Virus record (IMG/VR): IMGVR_UViG_3300033076_001470
Location: 4,933-68,932 of that record
Source: a virus
Taxonomy: Duplodnaviria; Caudoviricetes
Strand: one strand, 5' to 3'
Length of the DNA: 64,000 nt
The translations under genes and the position numbers were made by a program. Shown in pieces: positions 61,945 through 64,000 of this stretch. How positions within the stretch are numbered: position 1 is the first letter of the stretch; every line of letters starts with the position of its first letter. The notes below the pieces were generated by a model that was given only the letters and a program-made list of their open reading frames with translations, did no database searches and was not told where the DNA came from.

Positions 61945-62389
61945 TGTTCAAAAAATCAAAAACGGTAAACGTGAACAATCCTGGCGCGGCCATCTTCCAG
62001 CCAAACCAGTCAGCCAGCTTTTGCGCCACAGTGTGAGACTCCGGCGGAACGCAAATCCACAGCGCCTCGCCGCCGAAGTCGCTAAAAAACTGCCTCTGCA
62101 ACTCCATCAGCAACGACGCTATCGCCCGGAACTGTGGCCGCGACGGAGCAATCAAACCAAAATGGCAAGATTTTTTACCTTCCAATCGAAAAGATGCCAC
62201 TCCAATCAACCGGCCACCTGCGAATAATCCGTAATACCGCAATTCCGGCGGCGGACTAACAAACTCTTGGTAATCTGCAAAGCCCTCATTTTCGCCGTAC
62301 AAATCTGGCCGTTCCTGCATCCACATCCACGCCTGCCGAAATTCATTGGAATCGGTTTCTTGAAGTGTCCGAAGCGACAGTTCCATCAA
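61901..62389 (-). CDS. GNAT-like acetyltransferase
   Basis: YYGLFAGGRLIGVASF...HFGLIAP...AQKLADWFGWK. Confidence 0.55.
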   Translation of the reverse strand: MMELSLRTLQETDSNEFRQAWMWMQERPDLYGENEGFADYQEFVSPPPELRYYGLFAGGRLIGVASFRLEGKKSCHFGLIAPSRPQFRAIASLLMELQRQFFSDFGGEALWICVPPESHTVAQKLADWFGWKMAAPGLFTFTVFDFLNNEHQKNTTRHAVAH

Positions 62390-63999
62390 TACCGCATCCC
62401 TTCGCGTCCGTGCGCGACAATGGAGGCCTTATCGAACAGACGAAACCCTCCCAAGGCTTGATTGAAAGCGACGCGCCAAGCCAGCAATCGGAAATGCTTA
62501 TTGGGACGCCACACTTGGTAAGTCGTACTGACAGGGATTCCTGAAATTGGATTCACAAATGCGTACGACGGGCCTGCGCCGGTTCCAGCAATCAAATCCC
62601 CAAAATTCAACACATTGTTTAGTGGAAGAAAAACGGCAACCGTCTCGTTGGTGTAAAGCTTAATGCTGCCATTGATGGAGCCATTTACTTTCACCTCACG
62701 CACGATCTTTTGCTCAGCCGAATCACCCCAATCGTCCCAGTTCGTCGCCAGAAACCCGGACAGCGTCGTTCCACCCGCATCCCACTCCCACACCTTGCCG
62801 TCTGTAGTAACAAAATTTAATCGTTGTCCCACTGCCGCCACGCCGCAAACCGTAAAATCGGTCACGCCATCACCCAGCGCAACCGGCGTATGCCAGACTC
62901 CCGTAAACACGTTGAACGCCCAGGCGCGCGTTTGCCATCCACCATTGGCGTGCTGACGGTCGTTTGCATGAAAAGCGACTACCCAACCGTTTTTCTGATC
63001 AAAACCGACAAACACGCGCGCCTGCTTCAAACTGGTCAAATCCGTTCGCACGTCACGACTGAAATCCGCTTCAATGTTTGCGCCATCAACCGTGCGAACC
63101 ATTGTTCCGCCGCTAAACACGTAAAGAAAATCTTGGGCAAACACCGCCGACTGATTATGACTAACTCCTACCGAACCAGCCGGATTTATGACCAGCGGCG
63201 ACACGTCGGAATCAGTGAACCGACCAAAACTGATCCCTTCCTGCGTTCCAAAGTAAACCCCCGAATCCTGCGCGCGAATGCCAACCTTGCCTACCTTGAC
63301 CATCACAATATCGCTGGACGGGGAAACAAAAGCGTAAGCCGCAGGCGAGGCCGCTTCAGGATTATTCGATTTGGCAACCGCCACGCCCGGACCAGGCGCG
63401 GTCGGGTTCAACAAAGAATCCGGCTTGCCTAAACAGGAAACAAACAAAAGAAAATCGTTGACCGAGGCGACATACAACGACGGCGGAGGCGGGTAATTAT
63501 CATCGGAATACAACGTGCCAAGCTCACCATCAAACCACTCCACAGTGTGCGGCCCCACGCTCGTAAACTCGCCATATAAAAACCACGCGCCAGAGGTCGG
63601 ATCATCGTTTCGACTGACCCACAACTGCACGCTGGTTTGCCCTTCGCTGGAGTCAAAAGCGGCAAACGTCACCTGAAACCGCTGACCGGCGGTCAATGCC
63701 ACACTGACTGGCGCAGAGGCTCGACCGTAACCTGGAAAGCCTTGCCGCTTCTTTGACGCCCGGAAGGTGAACGTTTGAGCAACCATCCCCTTCGTTCCGC
63801 CAGCAGCAGCAGTCACCGTCGGCGCGGCGGGCGGCGTGAACCCGGCAGGACGAACGTCATACGTCGAACCGCCCGGAACCGGATAGGCCACTTGCACCGC
63901 GTCAGTCGCGGTCAACGCCGCCGAAATCGCCGCGCCATTAATCTTCAACGGCCCGCGCCCTGCGGAAAAAATCGCTTCTTCGCGGTAAACAATCGCGTT
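62386..63999 (-). CDS. Tail tubular/stabilisation protein (P22 gp10-like; partial, N-terminus off window)
   Basis: Frame open to the right edge; beta-propeller-like character with C-terminal GFLATNWDDWG...REVKV. Confidence 0.6.
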   Translation of the reverse strand, partial: NAIVYREEAIFSAGRGPLKINGAAISAALTATDAVQVAYPVPGGSTYDVRPAGFTPPAAPTVTAAAGGTKGMVAQTFTFRASKKRQGFPGYGRASAPVSVALTAGQRFQVTFAAFDSSEGQTSVQLWVSRNDDPTSGAWFLYGEFTSVGPHTVEWFDGELGTLYSDDNYPPPPSLYVASVNDFLLFVSCLGKPDSLLNPTAPGPGVAVAKSNNPEAASPAAYAFVSPSSDIVMVKVGKVGIRAQDSGVYFGTQEGISFGRFTDSDVSPLVINPAGSVGVSHNQSAVFAQDFLYVFSGGTMVRTVDGANIEADFSRDVRTDLTSLKQARVFVGFDQKNGWVVAFHANDRQHANGGWQTRAWAFNVFTGVWHTPVALGDGVTDFTVCGVAAVGQRLNFVTTDGKVWEWDAGGTTLSGFLATNWDDWGDSAEQKIVREVKVNGSINGSIKLYTNETVAVFLPLNNVLNFGDLIAGTGAGPSYAFVNPISGIPVSTTYQVWRPNKHFRLLAWRVAFNQALGGFRLFDKASIVAHGREGMRY

Positions 64000-64000
64000 T

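Larger units (their letters stand above)
1..64000. mobile_element. Temperate podovirus-like bacteriophage, near-complete and probably unintegrated/circularly permuted
   Basis: TerS/TerL, portal, capsid, GH19 endolysin, CI/Cro, integrase with adjacent attP-like site, ejection and tail proteins. No host housekeeping genes and no tape-measure or sheath genes are evident. Confidence 0.9.

Overview
The window contains only phage genes, with no host housekeeping genes. It looks like most of one temperate, podovirus-like (P22/Bcep22-style) genome, probably of an Acidobacteriota host (inferred from a TIGR03437-like domain). Both edges cut minus-strand virion genes, and the integrase lies mid-window beside an apparently intact attP, which suggests an unintegrated, circularly permuted genome. 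Modules in order: head/packaging (1-10.9 kb, -); a small rightward cassette behind a 35-bp palindromic promoter (11.0-12.8 kb); lysis (12.9-15.0 kb); Com-like, VRR-NUC, split C5 methyltransferase, replication, recombination and a tRNA (15.1-22.6 kb, -); Cro/CI/ImmA/integrase/attP (22.7-26.7 kb); a rightward accessory block (26.8-33.6 kb); a 4829-aa polyvalent protein, ejection proteins, a 2560-aa fibre and tail genes (33.7-64 kb, -). The most notable signals are: (1) three +1-frame genes nested in linkers of the giant protein, each with GGAG exactly 6 nt before its start; (2) a canonical -1 frameshift signal (G GGA AAC plus a 12-bp hairpin) in an accessory membrane gene; (3) a long-variable-arm tRNA with a Sec-like D-arm and a CAT anticodon; (4) an acr-aca-like operon; (5) a nested alpha/beta methyltransferase broken by one extra base. 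All family assignments come from motif recognition by eye; no searches were run.
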